A stretch of DNA of 35,599 bases. It comes from Armatimonadota bacterium. GTDB lineage: Bacteria > Armatimonadota > HRBIN16. Positions 1 through 8,465 of the stretch are shown here, piece after piece. Under the pieces are notes generated by a model. It was not told where the DNA came from and did no database searches. It saw only the letters and a program-made list of their open reading frames with translations. How positions within the stretch are numbered: the first letter of the stretch is position 1; the number at the start of each line of letters is the position of its first letter. Position numbers and translations under genes: made by a program. The stretch covers positions 1 through 35,599 of the forward strand of contig JAPWUZ010000001.1 in the NCBI GenBank assembly GCA_028275265.1, given 5' to 3'.

Positions 1-488
1 ACCTCATCGTGCCGATATGGACGATGGGCACCATTACCCCCGAGCAGGAGGCTGGACTGCTGGACGCCGTGCGCAGTGGCGTGGGCATCGCCGGATGGCA
101 TGGGGGCATGGGCGACTCGTTCCGCAATAACACCGAGTATCAGTTCATGGTCGGCGGGCAGTGGGTCGCTCATCCGGGCAACATCATCGACTACGAGGTG
201 AACATCATCAAGCCCGAAGACCCCATCGTGGCGGGCTTGAGCGACTTCAAGATGCATTCGGAACAGTACTACATGCATGTGGACCCCTCCAACGAGGTAC
301 TGGCGACCACTACTTTCAGCGGCGAGTACTGCGAGTGGATTGCGGGCACGGTGATGCCCGTGGTGTGGAAACGTCGCTACGGGAAGGGGCGCGTGTTCTA
401 CAGCTCGCTGGGGCATGTGGCGAAGGACTTCGAGGTGCCCGAAGCGCTGGAGATTATGAAGCGCGGCATGTTGTGGGCGTCGAGGTGA
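1..488 (+). CDS. ThuA-like (trehalose-utilisation family) domain protein. It is 5'-truncated by the window edge, and the frame continues upstream of the GTG at 9.
   Basis: C-terminal signature '[19 protein letters not shown]' and 'GGQWVAHPG' are typical of ThuA-domain proteins. The frame is open from nt 3. Confidence 0.75.
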   Translation, partial: LIVPIWTMGTITPEQEAGLLDAVRSGVGIAGWHGGMGDSFRNNTEYQFMVGGQWVAHPGNIIDYEVNIIKPEDPIVAGLSDFKMHSEQYYMHVDPSNEVLATTTFSGEYCEWIAGTVMPVVWKRRYGKGRVFYSSLGHVAKDFEVPEALEIMKRGMLWASR

Positions 489-495
489 GGTTTGC

Positions 496-993
496 ATGTC
501 CGGGCACGACGCGAAGAGACCAAAACCGCCCTCGCTGAAGGAAGTGAAGCAGCAACGCAAACCGGTACGTAATGTCAACGTCGAGCATCAGCGCCAGCTC
601 ACCAAAATGGAGCTGCTGGCGCTGGCGGTAACGGAGCGGGTGGGCACGATGGGATTTTTCTTTCTCATCGCAGGGTGGACCGCCATCTGGCTGGGCTGGA
701 ACACCCTCGCGCCCAAGCCACTCCGTTTTGATCCGCCCACTGCTTTCGTGCTGTGGCTGTTCATCTCTAACATGATCCAGATATTGCTGATGCCGCTGCT
801 GATGGTGGGGCAAAACGTGCTCAGCCGACACGCCGAGCTGCGTGCGGATGCCGACTACGAGGTGAACCTGAAAACGGAGCGCGAGGTGGAGGTGATACTG
901 CAGCACCTGGAGTATCAGAACCACCTGCTGGAACAGATTACGCGCCACCTGGGGATTACTCCGGACGAAGGCACTCATGGCACGGCTTCATAA
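496..993 (+). CDS. DUF1003-family membrane protein
   Basis: ATG preceded by GAGGTGAGG. Two TM helices are followed by 'MVGQNVLSRHAELRADADYEVNLKTEREVE', which resembles the DUF1003 QN...D...E coiled tail. Confidence 0.7.
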   Translation: MSGHDAKRPKPPSLKEVKQQRKPVRNVNVEHQRQLTKMELLALAVTERVGTMGFFFLIAGWTAIWLGWNTLAPKPLRFDPPTAFVLWLFISNMIQILLMPLLMVGQNVLSRHAELRADADYEVNLKTEREVEVILQHLEYQNHLLEQITRHLGITPDEGTHGTAS

Positions 994-997
994 TGTC

Positions 998-3900
998 CTA
1001 TCTGCCCCCTACCTGCACGGTGCCTTTGCGTTCCACCTTGCCCCAGCCGGCTCGAACCCCCTGCAGGGCGGTCAAGACCGATTTGAGCATCACCGCATAC
1101 ATCAGCTGGCGGTAGACGAACCGCTGCCAGAACAGCCACCACAGCAAGCGCATGCGCTCTCGGTCCAGCCGAAAGGCAACGATGCTGGCTAACAGCTCTA
1201 CCGCGAAAAAGAGAGCGTACAGGAATCCGATTTGCGCCAGCATTGCCACCGCCTGTGGAAGCGGTTGCCAGTCCCGCTTCAGCAATCCGCGTGTGAGCCA
1301 CGACTGCCCCACGTTCGCCAGCGTCCACACAATTTGCAGGTCCACCAGGGGGGATAGCACCTGGAACACCACCTGGAACAGCCACAGCGAGGGCAGCATC
1401 ACCCAGCCGAAGAAGCCATACCGTCCCAGCGCGTCGCGGTGCTTCCACAGGCACTGCAGTGTACCATACGCCCAGCGGAACCGCTGTCGGAATAAGCCTT
1501 TGAGTGTATCGGGGGCTTCGGTCAGTCCAATCGCGTCATTGGCGGTTTCCACACGCCAGCCCGCTCGCCGCAACCGCCACGTCAGGTCCATGTCCTCCGC
1601 CATCGTGTCGGACCGATAACCATCTACCTGCAACACCGCCTCACGACGCCATGCACCCACTGCCCCCGGAACCACCGTTACGGCATTGAGCACGGCGAAC
1701 GCGCGCCGGTCCAGATTCTGGCTGGTGATGTACTCGATGGCCTGCCAGCGGGTCAACACGTTAATACGGTTGCCCACCTTGACATTGCCTGCTACCGCTC
1801 CCACACGCGGGTTCCGGAACCGTTGTGCCAGCCGATGGATGGTATCCGGCAGGAACAGAGTGTCGGCGTCCAGTGCGACAATCACCTCACCGGTTGCGTA
1901 GCGCAAGCCGTGGTTCAGCGCAGCGGCTTTGCCACTGTTTGGCTGGCGAATCAGGCGCACCTGCGGATGGTCGCCAAAAAGCCTTGCCACCTCTTCCGCG
2001 GTGCCGTCCTGTGAACCGTCATCTACCACAATCACTTCCAGAGGTTCGTACCCCCCATCCAGCACCGCCTGGATGGTGCGTCCGATGACGTTGCGCTCGT
2101 TGTACGCAGCGATGAGCACACTGACCGATGGACGATAGGGCACCAGCCTTTCCTTACGTTCGCACCATGCTCCCCATAACGCCAGAGGCACGACCGTTGC
2201 CACACGCAGCATTGCCAGTCCAATCGCGCCGAGAAAAGCGATGCGCAACAGCAGGTCGGTCCAGTAGTTCAGCTCGAACACCACACGATCCACACCTACC
2301 AGCATCATCTCTTTCGTCGAGAGGGGGGGCATTAATGTCTCTCGACTGGTGCTCAGCAGCTCAGATACCGTGACAAAGCGGAAACCCATCCGTTGCAGAT
2401 TGGGCACGATCAGGCGTAACGCCTGCACCGTGCGCGAACGGTCGCCTCCGCCATCGTGCAACAGGATAACGTTGCCCGTACCGGCACGGGCGAGGCGAAT
2501 CACCTCCGCAGCGATATCCTCGGCGGTGCGAGGATGCACCGTATGCCCTGAGGCATGTGGGCGGATGTTCCAGTCCTGTGGATCGATCAGCTCCCCGACC
2601 GTGAGGTAGCCCAGCTGCGAGGCAATCAGGATGGGACGCACCTCCTCCGCGCTGGAAGGTTCGGCGTCGGCGTTATAGGGCGGGCGAAACAGCACGGTAG
2701 AACGTCCAAGAATGCTTTGTAGCACACGCTGTGTCGCACTCAGTTCCAGCCTCGCGCGACGCTCAGAGACCGCGCCCATATTGGGGTGGGTAAAGGTGTG
2801 GCTTCCGATTTCCTGTCCCTCTTCCCAGATTCTGCGCACGATATCCGGATACTGTTCGGCGTTCTCCCCGATGATAAAGAAGGTGGCGCGAACGCCCAGC
2901 CGTTTCAGCTCGTCCAGGATTTGCTCGGTATAGGGCACGGAGGGGCCATCGTCGAAGGTCAAAACCAGCCACTTAGGGTGAAAACCTTGCCGCTGGATGA
3001 TGAAGGTGGAGGGGAAGCGGACGTACTCCTCATCGGTGCAAATGCCGGTGGAGTCATCCACCTCCACGGTGCGTGCGCCCTCGCGCGGCAACGATACAAC
3101 CGACAGGATTTCGCCGCTGCCGACGAACTCAATGTCATACGGATAGGTAATGCGCTCCAGTAACGATGGGGAGATAGAAACCACCGGCGACGCCCTGCGG
3201 AAAAGGTTCCACAACGAGGGGTCTTCCGATCCCAACAGCCACAGTGCGCCTCCGCGCAGCCCCATCCTGTTGGCAAGCAGCCACTGATTGGCGGCGGTCA
3301 CCGCATCCAGTAGCCATACCTCGTGCAGCTTGCCCCCATCATCGGCATAAGTGAAGGTCGGATTCAGTGAGCCTGCATCAAAGTCTACAACACGCTGAGG
3401 GGGCTCGTCGGGGTGGTTCTCCTGCGCCCGCAAAATGGCTTCCTGAAAGGTCAGCGTTTCAGCAGGTGGCGACGCATCAGGCCAGTCGTAAGCATAGTTT
3501 CCGATGCCCAGCACCAGTTTCTCCGGGGGCACCACCTTAAGTGCCTTCGTCAGCACTTCGCGTGTCCATGGTAGTGCGGCAATCGGTCCCGGCTGGCTTC
3601 CAGCGTAGTGCTGGTCGTATGCCATCAGTACCACGAAATCACAGGAGGCAGCCACCTGTTGCATCGTCGAAACAGGAACGTTTGCCTCGATGTCCGCCGT
3701 GACCAGAAGCCCCCGCGCGTGTAGCACACCCGCCAGATATCGCAGCCACCGCGCCAGACGGATGTAGTCGTCAGGCATCAGGTTTTCGAAGTCCACGTTA
3801 ATGCCATGAAAGCCGTTGCTCAGCAACCAGTCACGGATTTGCAAAGCCAGAACCGCCTGTGCCCTGTCGTCCGTAAGCAGTCGATGCACGCGGTAAGGGT

Positions 3901-4465
3901 CGAAACGGGCATGTTCCGCGTTGTTGAGGACGGGCACGATGTCCACACCGTGCTGTTTGGCAATTTGCACCACATCGCGGTTGTGCGGCACTAACTCCGG
4001 GTTCCATTCGTAGGTATCCAGCCCTTTGCCGTCACGTGTGAGATGCAGCCATTCCGGCATCAAATGCGTCAGCTTGTCCGCATTGGCACGCAACGAGTGC
4101 AAGCCTGTCTCCTGCCACGTGGTGTAAAACGCTGCCACAACCTGCGGCGATGGGGGCAATGAAGCATGCACGCGCAACCGCCGCTCATCCAGTGCAATCT
4201 GCTCGAGCAGTTCGGTTCGGGTGCGTGCCAGCAGGTGCCGTCGCAGCTTCGTCTGGCGGCTGGGCAGATGCACCAGCGGTTTCCGCAAAGAACGGCGAAT
4301 GCCCGCCGATACCGCCGGTAATGAGGGCAGTACCGGCACGAGCAGCAAACTGATCACAAACAAGGTGCTTACTACGCCGAAAAAAAGCAATAATGCTGCA
4401 AGCACCTGCTTCAGCCGCCGCCTGCGCTGTTGCGTTGGGTCGTAGAAAACCAGTTGTTCCTGCAT
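998..4465 (-). CDS. Fused membrane exopolysaccharide enzyme. Domain order: N-terminal TM, GH18-like domain, CE4/NodB polysaccharide deacetylase, TM, then GT2 processive synthase (PgaC/IcaA-like) with C-terminal TM bundle.
   Basis: GH18-like 'FHGINVDFENL'. NodB motifs 'LTFDDGP' and 'GSHTFTHPNM'. GT2 motifs 'VSVLIAAYNE', 'VVDDGSQDGT', 'ALDADT' and 'QRFRWAYG'. Single uninterrupted 1155-aa ORF. Confidence 0.85.
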   Translation of the reverse strand: MQEQLVFYDPTQQRRRRLKQVLAALLLFFGVVSTLFVISLLLVPVLPSLPAVSAGIRRSLRKPLVHLPSRQTKLRRHLLARTRTELLEQIALDERRLRVHASLPPSPQVVAAFYTTWQETGLHSLRANADKLTHLMPEWLHLTRDGKGLDTYEWNPELVPHNRDVVQIAKQHGVDIVPVLNNAEHARFDPYRVHRLLTDDRAQAVLALQIRDWLLSNGFHGINVDFENLMPDDYIRLARWLRYLAGVLHARGLLVTADIEANVPVSTMQQVAASCDFVVLMAYDQHYAGSQPGPIAALPWTREVLTKALKVVPPEKLVLGIGNYAYDWPDASPPAETLTFQEAILRAQENHPDEPPQRVVDFDAGSLNPTFTYADDGGKLHEVWLLDAVTAANQWLLANRMGLRGGALWLLGSEDPSLWNLFRRASPVVSISPSLLERITYPYDIEFVGSGEILSVVSLPREGARTVEVDDSTGICTDEEYVRFPSTFIIQRQGFHPKWLVLTFDDGPSVPYTEQILDELKRLGVRATFFIIGENAEQYPDIVRRIWEEGQEIGSHTFTHPNMGAVSERRARLELSATQRVLQSILGRSTVLFRPPYNADAEPSSAEEVRPILIASQLGYLTVGELIDPQDWNIRPHASGHTVHPRTAEDIAAEVIRLARAGTGNVILLHDGGGDRSRTVQALRLIVPNLQRMGFRFVTVSELLSTSRETLMPPLSTKEMMLVGVDRVVFELNYWTDLLLRIAFLGAIGLAMLRVATVVPLALWGAWCERKERLVPYRPSVSVLIAAYNERNVIGRTIQAVLDGGYEPLEVIVVDDGSQDGTAEEVARLFGDHPQVRLIRQPNSGKAAALNHGLRYATGEVIVALDADTLFLPDTIHRLAQRFRNPRVGAVAGNVKVGNRINVLTRWQAIEYITSQNLDRRAFAVLNAVTVVPGAVGAWRREAVLQVDGYRSDTMAEDMDLTWRLRRAGWRVETANDAIGLTEAPDTLKGLFRQRFRWAYGTLQCLWKHRDALGRYGFFGWVMLPSLWLFQVVFQVLSPLVDLQIVWTLANVGQSWLTRGLLKRDWQPLPQAVAMLAQIGFLYALFFAVELLASIVAFRLDRERMRLLWWLFWQRFVYRQLMYAVMLKSVLTALQGVRAGWGKVERKGTVQVGGR

Positions 4466-4503
4466 GGCACCCTTGCCCTGTCACCTCGAATCACTGCCCT
4501 GTT

Positions 4504-4509
4504 ATTATA
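4504..4509 (-). promoter_or_regulatory. Candidate -10 box (perfect TATAAT on the minus strand) for the EPS synthase gene
   Basis: The reverse complement of 'attata' is TATAAT, 39 nt upstream of the ATG at 4465, in the only AT-rich patch of the intergenic region. I found no convincing -35. Confidence 0.25.
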
Positions 4510-4558
4510 CGCATGCTTTCGTGCAAAAAGAAACAGCCTCCTCAAAAACCTCACCCTG

Positions 4559-4593
4559 CGCTCTAGGATTCACCCTCACATAAGCCGACAATA
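4559..4593 (+). promoter_or_regulatory. Candidate FliA (sigma-28)-type promoter upstream of fliK: TAGGATTC-N12-GCCGACAA
   Basis: 'cgctctaggattc-N9-taagccgacaata'. The same bipartite motif recurs at 9933-9967. The -10 ends 48 nt before the fliK GTG. Confidence 0.5.
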
Positions 4594-4639
4594 TTACCGG
4601 CTTCGCGCGTGAACACCGCGCGAGAAAGGAGGTGAGAGA

Positions 4640-5998
4640 GTGACACAAGCGGTACAGGCACAGCTCGCCACCAGTTCCCCGCCGGTGGGCAGTGTGCCCG
4701 CATCCGCGCAGGGTACTGTGTCCACCACAGAGAGAGAGGTATCGTGGTTCGCGCAGCTGCTCGCAATGATGCAGGCTCCCGTCGGGGTGGACGCGCCGGT
4801 GCCGGTAGATGTAGGCGCGGATTCGCTTCCCGAAGGCGAAAAGGATCCCCCGCCTGCGGAAATGACACAGATGGCGATGCTGCTCGCACCGCCGGTCTTC
4901 TGGGGAAACATGCCCATGCCAGCGCCATCTCCTGACATCGGGATAGCGGCTGATTCGCCAGTGGATGTTATCCAGTGGGAGACGGCAACGAGCTTGCCCA
5001 CCTCCGTGCCACCACCTGCAGTTAGAGCAGCGGCGCCAGCCCGCGAGCGAACGGAAGCGGCTATTCCGCCACTCGCGAACGTGGAAGGTCAACCCGAACA
5101 GCCTTCCAGTGTCGAGGGCATGGTCTTCCAGCAGCCGGTCGCTGCCGACCGCGTCGGGAACATGCCGCCTGCAGAGGTACTGCTACCGGTGGACAAGACA
5201 ACACCGCACCCGAGGGATGCAATCACGCTACCTTCGATGGAGACATCCCCCGCGGCACACCTGACATCGCGCGCTGCGGAAACCCGTGCCGGTGACGCCA
5301 CCAGCGTGCGTCCGCCGACCGGCAGCGTGCCAAACATCTCTGGTGTCCAGAACCCGGTTGCACCTGTCACCCCGTCGGGTAACGCGGGCGCATCGCCGGG
5401 TGAAGGCGGGACCGAAGGTCGGGAGCCCGCATTGGCGGTGCGTGTGGGCATGCGCCCCCGGGTCAAGCCAGCCGAGAGAGCGTTCTCCATGCACGTGATG
5501 GAGGCACGCCCACACGGTCTGCAGACAGGAGAAGCAGCAGCAGGGGTATCCCGCGCACCGGAGATGGCTCCACCGCAGCCGGAGGTGTCGCCGGTCGAGG
5601 TGGTTCGGCAGGTTGCACGGCAGATAGAGACGCTGACGAGCCAGCGCAGCACCAGCAGTGTGACCCTGCAGCTGGAGCCAGAGCATCTGGGCAGGTTACG
5701 GGTGACCATCTCTCTGAACGATGGCGCTATCCACACCCATATCGTGGCAGACAACCACGCGGTCAGGCAGATGCTGGAAAGCAACTCCAGCCTGCTACAG
5801 CAGGCGTTGCAGGAGCGGGGGCTGCAGCTGGGCGCCCTGCAGGTCTCCGTGCAGGGTGACGGGCGTCAGTTCCCATTGCACCAGCCATACACCCCACCGC
5901 CGAGGGGCGGCTGGCTGGAATCAGATGCAGTGATAGACGCGGCAAATGAAGCAAATTTCGTGCGCACAACGCCGGGAGGCATTAACCTGCTGGCGTAG
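4640..5998 (+). CDS. fliK: Flagellar hook-length control protein FliK
   Basis: GTG start after AAAGGAGGTGAGAGA. Pro/Ala-rich N-terminal region. C-terminal Flg_hook-like block 'VTLQLEPEHLGRLRVTISLNDGAIHTHIVADNHAVRQMLE'. Positioned directly before flgD. Confidence 0.85.
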   Translation: MTQAVQAQLATSSPPVGSVPASAQGTVSTTEREVSWFAQLLAMMQAPVGVDAPVPVDVGADSLPEGEKDPPPAEMTQMAMLLAPPVFWGNMPMPAPSPDIGIAADSPVDVIQWETATSLPTSVPPPAVRAAAPARERTEAAIPPLANVEGQPEQPSSVEGMVFQQPVAADRVGNMPPAEVLLPVDKTTPHPRDAITLPSMETSPAAHLTSRAAETRAGDATSVRPPTGSVPNISGVQNPVAPVTPSGNAGASPGEGGTEGREPALAVRVGMRPRVKPAERAFSMHVMEARPHGLQTGEAAAGVSRAPEMAPPQPEVSPVEVVRQVARQIETLTSQRSTSSVTLQLEPEHLGRLRVTISLNDGAIHTHIVADNHAVRQMLESNSSLLQQALQERGLQLGALQVSVQGDGRQFPLHQPYTPPPRGGWLESDAVIDAANEANFVRTTPGGINLLA

Positions 5999-6019
5999 CC
6001 ACGAAGGAGGTGTGAATAG

Positions 6020-6424
6020 ATGACCGTAACGCCCGGCGGTGGCGTCAGCAACACGGTGACAGCAACCGCGAACGCCACCCCAAGGACAACCAGAGACCAG
6101 TTCTTGAAGCTGTTCCTGACGCAGCTGCAGAACCAGAACCCGCTGGAGCCGATGCAGGATAGGGATTTTCTGATGCAGCTGGCACAGTTCACGCAGGTGG
6201 AAAACGCGGAAGAGATGACGCACACCCTGCAGAATCTGCAGACGCTGGTCACCTCCACACGAGCCACCACCCTGCTGGGTAAGCAGGTTATTGCGCTGCC
6301 GGAGGGCGAGGCAGAGCCGGTGGAGGGCAAAGTGAGCGCGGTGCGCTTCACCGCCGACGGCGTTTGGCTGATGGTGAGTGGCAAACAGGTCCGTGTGCAG
6401 AACGTGCTGCAGGTAAACGGTTAG
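6020..6424 (+). CDS. flgD: Flagellar hook capping/assembly protein FlgD
   Basis: 'QFLKLFLTQLQNQNPLEPMQDRDFLMQLAQFTQVE' is the canonical FlgD N-terminal motif. AGGAGG RBS. Confidence 0.9.
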   Translation: MTVTPGGGVSNTVTATANATPRTTRDQFLKLFLTQLQNQNPLEPMQDRDFLMQLAQFTQVENAEEMTHTLQNLQTLVTSTRATTLLGKQVIALPEGEAEPVEGKVSAVRFTADGVWLMVSGKQVRVQNVLQVNG

Positions 6425-6440
6425 TTCCGGGAGGTGCAAC

Positions 6441-6806
6441 ATGCCGGAGGTTCGCCAGATAACGAACACCGCTTCCCCCGCAGGCGTTACGCCGGCGCAG
6501 CGGACGGCAAAAGACGGGGAAGCCTTCCGCGCCGCGCTCCAGCAGGCGCAGGGAGGTGTGCGTTTCTCCGCACATGCTCAGGCAAGGCTGCAATCTCGCC
6601 ACATTGAGCTGGACGCGGAGGCTCTGCGCCGGGTGGAGAACGCGGTGGACAAAGCGGCAGAGAAAGGCTCGCGTGAGTCTTTGCTGCTGATGGATGACGT
6701 CGCGCTGATTGTGAGCGTGCGTAACCGCACGGTCATTACCGCTATCGACAAGGAGAGTCTGAAGGAGAACGTTTTCACCAACATCGACAGCGCAGTGGTG
6801 TTGTAA
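6441..6806 (+). CDS. Small flagellar operon protein (TIGR02530-like, the flgD-flgE spacer gene seen in Firmicutes-type clusters)
   Basis: 'FSAHAQARLQSRHIELD...KGSRESLLLMDDVALIVSVRNRTVITAI...VFTNIDSAVV' matches my recollection of that family. GGGAGG RBS. Located between flgD and flgE. Confidence 0.7.
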   Translation: MPEVRQITNTASPAGVTPAQRTAKDGEAFRAALQQAQGGVRFSAHAQARLQSRHIELDAEALRRVENAVDKAAEKGSRESLLLMDDVALIVSVRNRTVITAIDKESLKENVFTNIDSAVVL

Positions 6807-6818
6807 CGGGCACCCGCT

Positions 6819-6880
6819 GGGGCGGGACCCCCTCCGCGTGATGGGGACGCCCCTCAGGCTCCTGAACGACCGAGGGAGCC
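6819..6880 (+). other. Two GC stem-loops in the 118-nt spacer before flgE
   Basis: GGGGCG (6819-6824) pairs with CGCCCC (6848-6853), with an inner CCCC/GGGG pairing. GGCTCC (6857-6862) pairs with GGAGCC (6875-6880). Confidence 0.35.
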
Positions 6881-6924
6881 AACCGTTACGATGACATCAA
6901 GAACACGAGGAGGAGGTCACAGAT

Positions 6925-8166
6925 ATGTTTCAGGCGATGTTCTCCAGCATCTCCAGCATCAAAGCGCACCAGGTGCGCATGGGTGTGGTGGGCAACAATA
7001 TCGCCAACATCAATACCACCGGTTTCAAGTCGGGAAGGGTCACTTTTCAGGAGATGCTGTCGCAGACGCTGCGAGGAGCCAGCCGCCCCACCGAAGGCGG
7101 TTTGGGTGGTACCAACCCCATGCAGGTTGGACTGGGCACACAGGTAGGTAGCATCGACACCATACTGGAGCAGGGAAGCCTGCAGGCCACCAACCGCGTC
7201 ACCGACCTGGCGATTCAGGGCAACGGCTTCTTTGTGGTAAGCAACGGCAAGCGAGTCGCCTTCACACGAGACGGTAACTTCGACATCGACGCCAACGGCA
7301 CGCTGGTACACAAAGCTACTGGTGAGAAACTGGTCGGCTGGATGCCTGACGCCAACGGCAACATCGATATCACGAAGCCGCTGGGTGCCAGTTCGGTGAT
7401 AGTCATTCCCGTCGGCAAGACCATTGCCGGTCAAGCCTCCACCAGCGCCAGCTTCAAGGGCAATCTCGCACTGGACGGTACCAGCTGGACAACCAGCGTG
7501 ATGCTCTACGACGCGGTAGGCGCACCGGTGGACCTCAGGCTCAGGTTCTCACGAGCCACCAGCGAACCACCATCCACCCCGTGGACGCTGAGCTACTCGG
7601 TAGATGGAGGCAGAACCTGGGTGCCAACAGCCGATGTCGTAGAGTTTGACCAGTACGGGCGTATTACAAGTGGCGCCAGCCAGACCATCACCTTTACTCC
7701 GCCGGACAGCGGCGCACCAGACATGACGGTATCCGTTGACCTGTCGCGCATCACCCAGCTGGCGACCAGTTCTACTGTGGAGCCTATCGCACAGAACGGC
7801 TATCCGCCGGGCACGCTGGAGCAGCTGACCGTCTCACCCGATGGAACCATTAACGGTGTCTTCAGTAACGGCTTGAACCTGCCTGTTGCCCGCGTGGCGA
7901 TGGCGGTATTCAATAACCCCGGCGGTCTGGAACGTGCGGGCAACAACCTGTTCCGCGAGTCGGTCAACTCGGGGGTTGCCAACATCGGCACCGCGCAGAC
8001 GGGCGGACGTGGTTCCATCAGCTCGGGCTATCTGGAGATGTCCAACGCGGACATCGGTAACGAGTTCACCAACCTGATAGTGACCCAGCGTGGTTTCCAG
8101 GCGAACACGCGCATCGTCAGCACGGTGGACGAGATGCTACAGGACGTGCTACAGATGAAACGGTAA
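6925..8166 (+). CDS. flgE: Flagellar hook protein FlgE
   Basis: N-terminus 'MFQAMFSSISSIKAHQVRMGVVGNNIANINTTGFK' and C-terminus 'TQRGFQANTRIVSTVDEMLQDVLQMKR' are the conserved rod/hook termini. AGGAGGAGG RBS. Confidence 0.95.
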   Translation: MFQAMFSSISSIKAHQVRMGVVGNNIANINTTGFKSGRVTFQEMLSQTLRGASRPTEGGLGGTNPMQVGLGTQVGSIDTILEQGSLQATNRVTDLAIQGNGFFVVSNGKRVAFTRDGNFDIDANGTLVHKATGEKLVGWMPDANGNIDITKPLGASSVIVIPVGKTIAGQASTSASFKGNLALDGTSWTTSVMLYDAVGAPVDLRLRFSRATSEPPSTPWTLSYSVDGGRTWVPTADVVEFDQYGRITSGASQTITFTPPDSGAPDMTVSVDLSRITQLATSSTVEPIAQNGYPPGTLEQLTVSPDGTINGVFSNGLNLPVARVAMAVFNNPGGLERAGNNLFRESVNSGVANIGTAQTGGRGSISSGYLEMSNADIGNEFTNLIVTQRGFQANTRIVSTVDEMLQDVLQMKR

Positions 8167-8184
8167 CCTCCGCCCCATCTCGAT

Positions 8185-8214
8185 CCCCTCTCCCACGCAG
8201 CGTGGGAGAGGGGG
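8185..8214 (+). terminator. Strong GC hairpin immediately after flgE. It could be an intra-operon attenuator or mRNA-stabilising stem, and has no U-tract.
   Basis: 'cccctctcccacgc a gcgtgggagagggg': a perfect palindrome, about 13 bp paired once a physically possible loop is allowed. It starts 19 nt after the flgE stop and is followed by a G-run, not T's. Confidence 0.45.
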
Positions 8215-8254
8215 GGCGGGAGTGAGTGCCATACAAAAAGGACGCTGAAAAGCC

Positions 8255-8449
8255 ATGATTAAAGTGACCAGGCTTGACCATTCGGAGCTCGTCGTCAACG
8301 CGGAGTTGATCGAAACCGTGGAGGCAACACCGGATACCGTTATCACGCTGACCAGCGGTAAGAAGCTGGTAGTGAGTGAGGATGTAAACGAAATCATCCG
8401 CCGAGTCATGGAGTATCGTCGTCATGCTTATGGGGCGCAGCAGGAATAG
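8255..8449 (+). CDS. flbD: Flagellar protein FlbD
   Basis: 'MIKVTRLDHSELVVNAELIETVEATPDTVITLTSGKKLVVSE' is the typical FlbD sequence. Positioned directly before motA. Confidence 0.85.
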   Translation: MIKVTRLDHSELVVNAELIETVEATPDTVITLTSGKKLVVSEDVNEIIRRVMEYRRHAYGAQQE

Positions 8450-8465
8450 TGCCGCTGGTTCCAGA

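Noticed and set aside
4582-4603. 6-bp hairpin AAGCCG-N10-CGGCTT overlapping the fliK -10 element
   Set aside because: The stem is short and the left arm lies upstream of the expected transcription start, so it would not be in the RNA. It is absent from the second motif copy.
8424-8465. Longer MotA start overlapping flbD
   Set aside because: It adds 'MLMGRSRNSAAGSR', which is not MotA-like, and overlaps the flbD 3' end. The ATG at 8466 follows the flbD stop.
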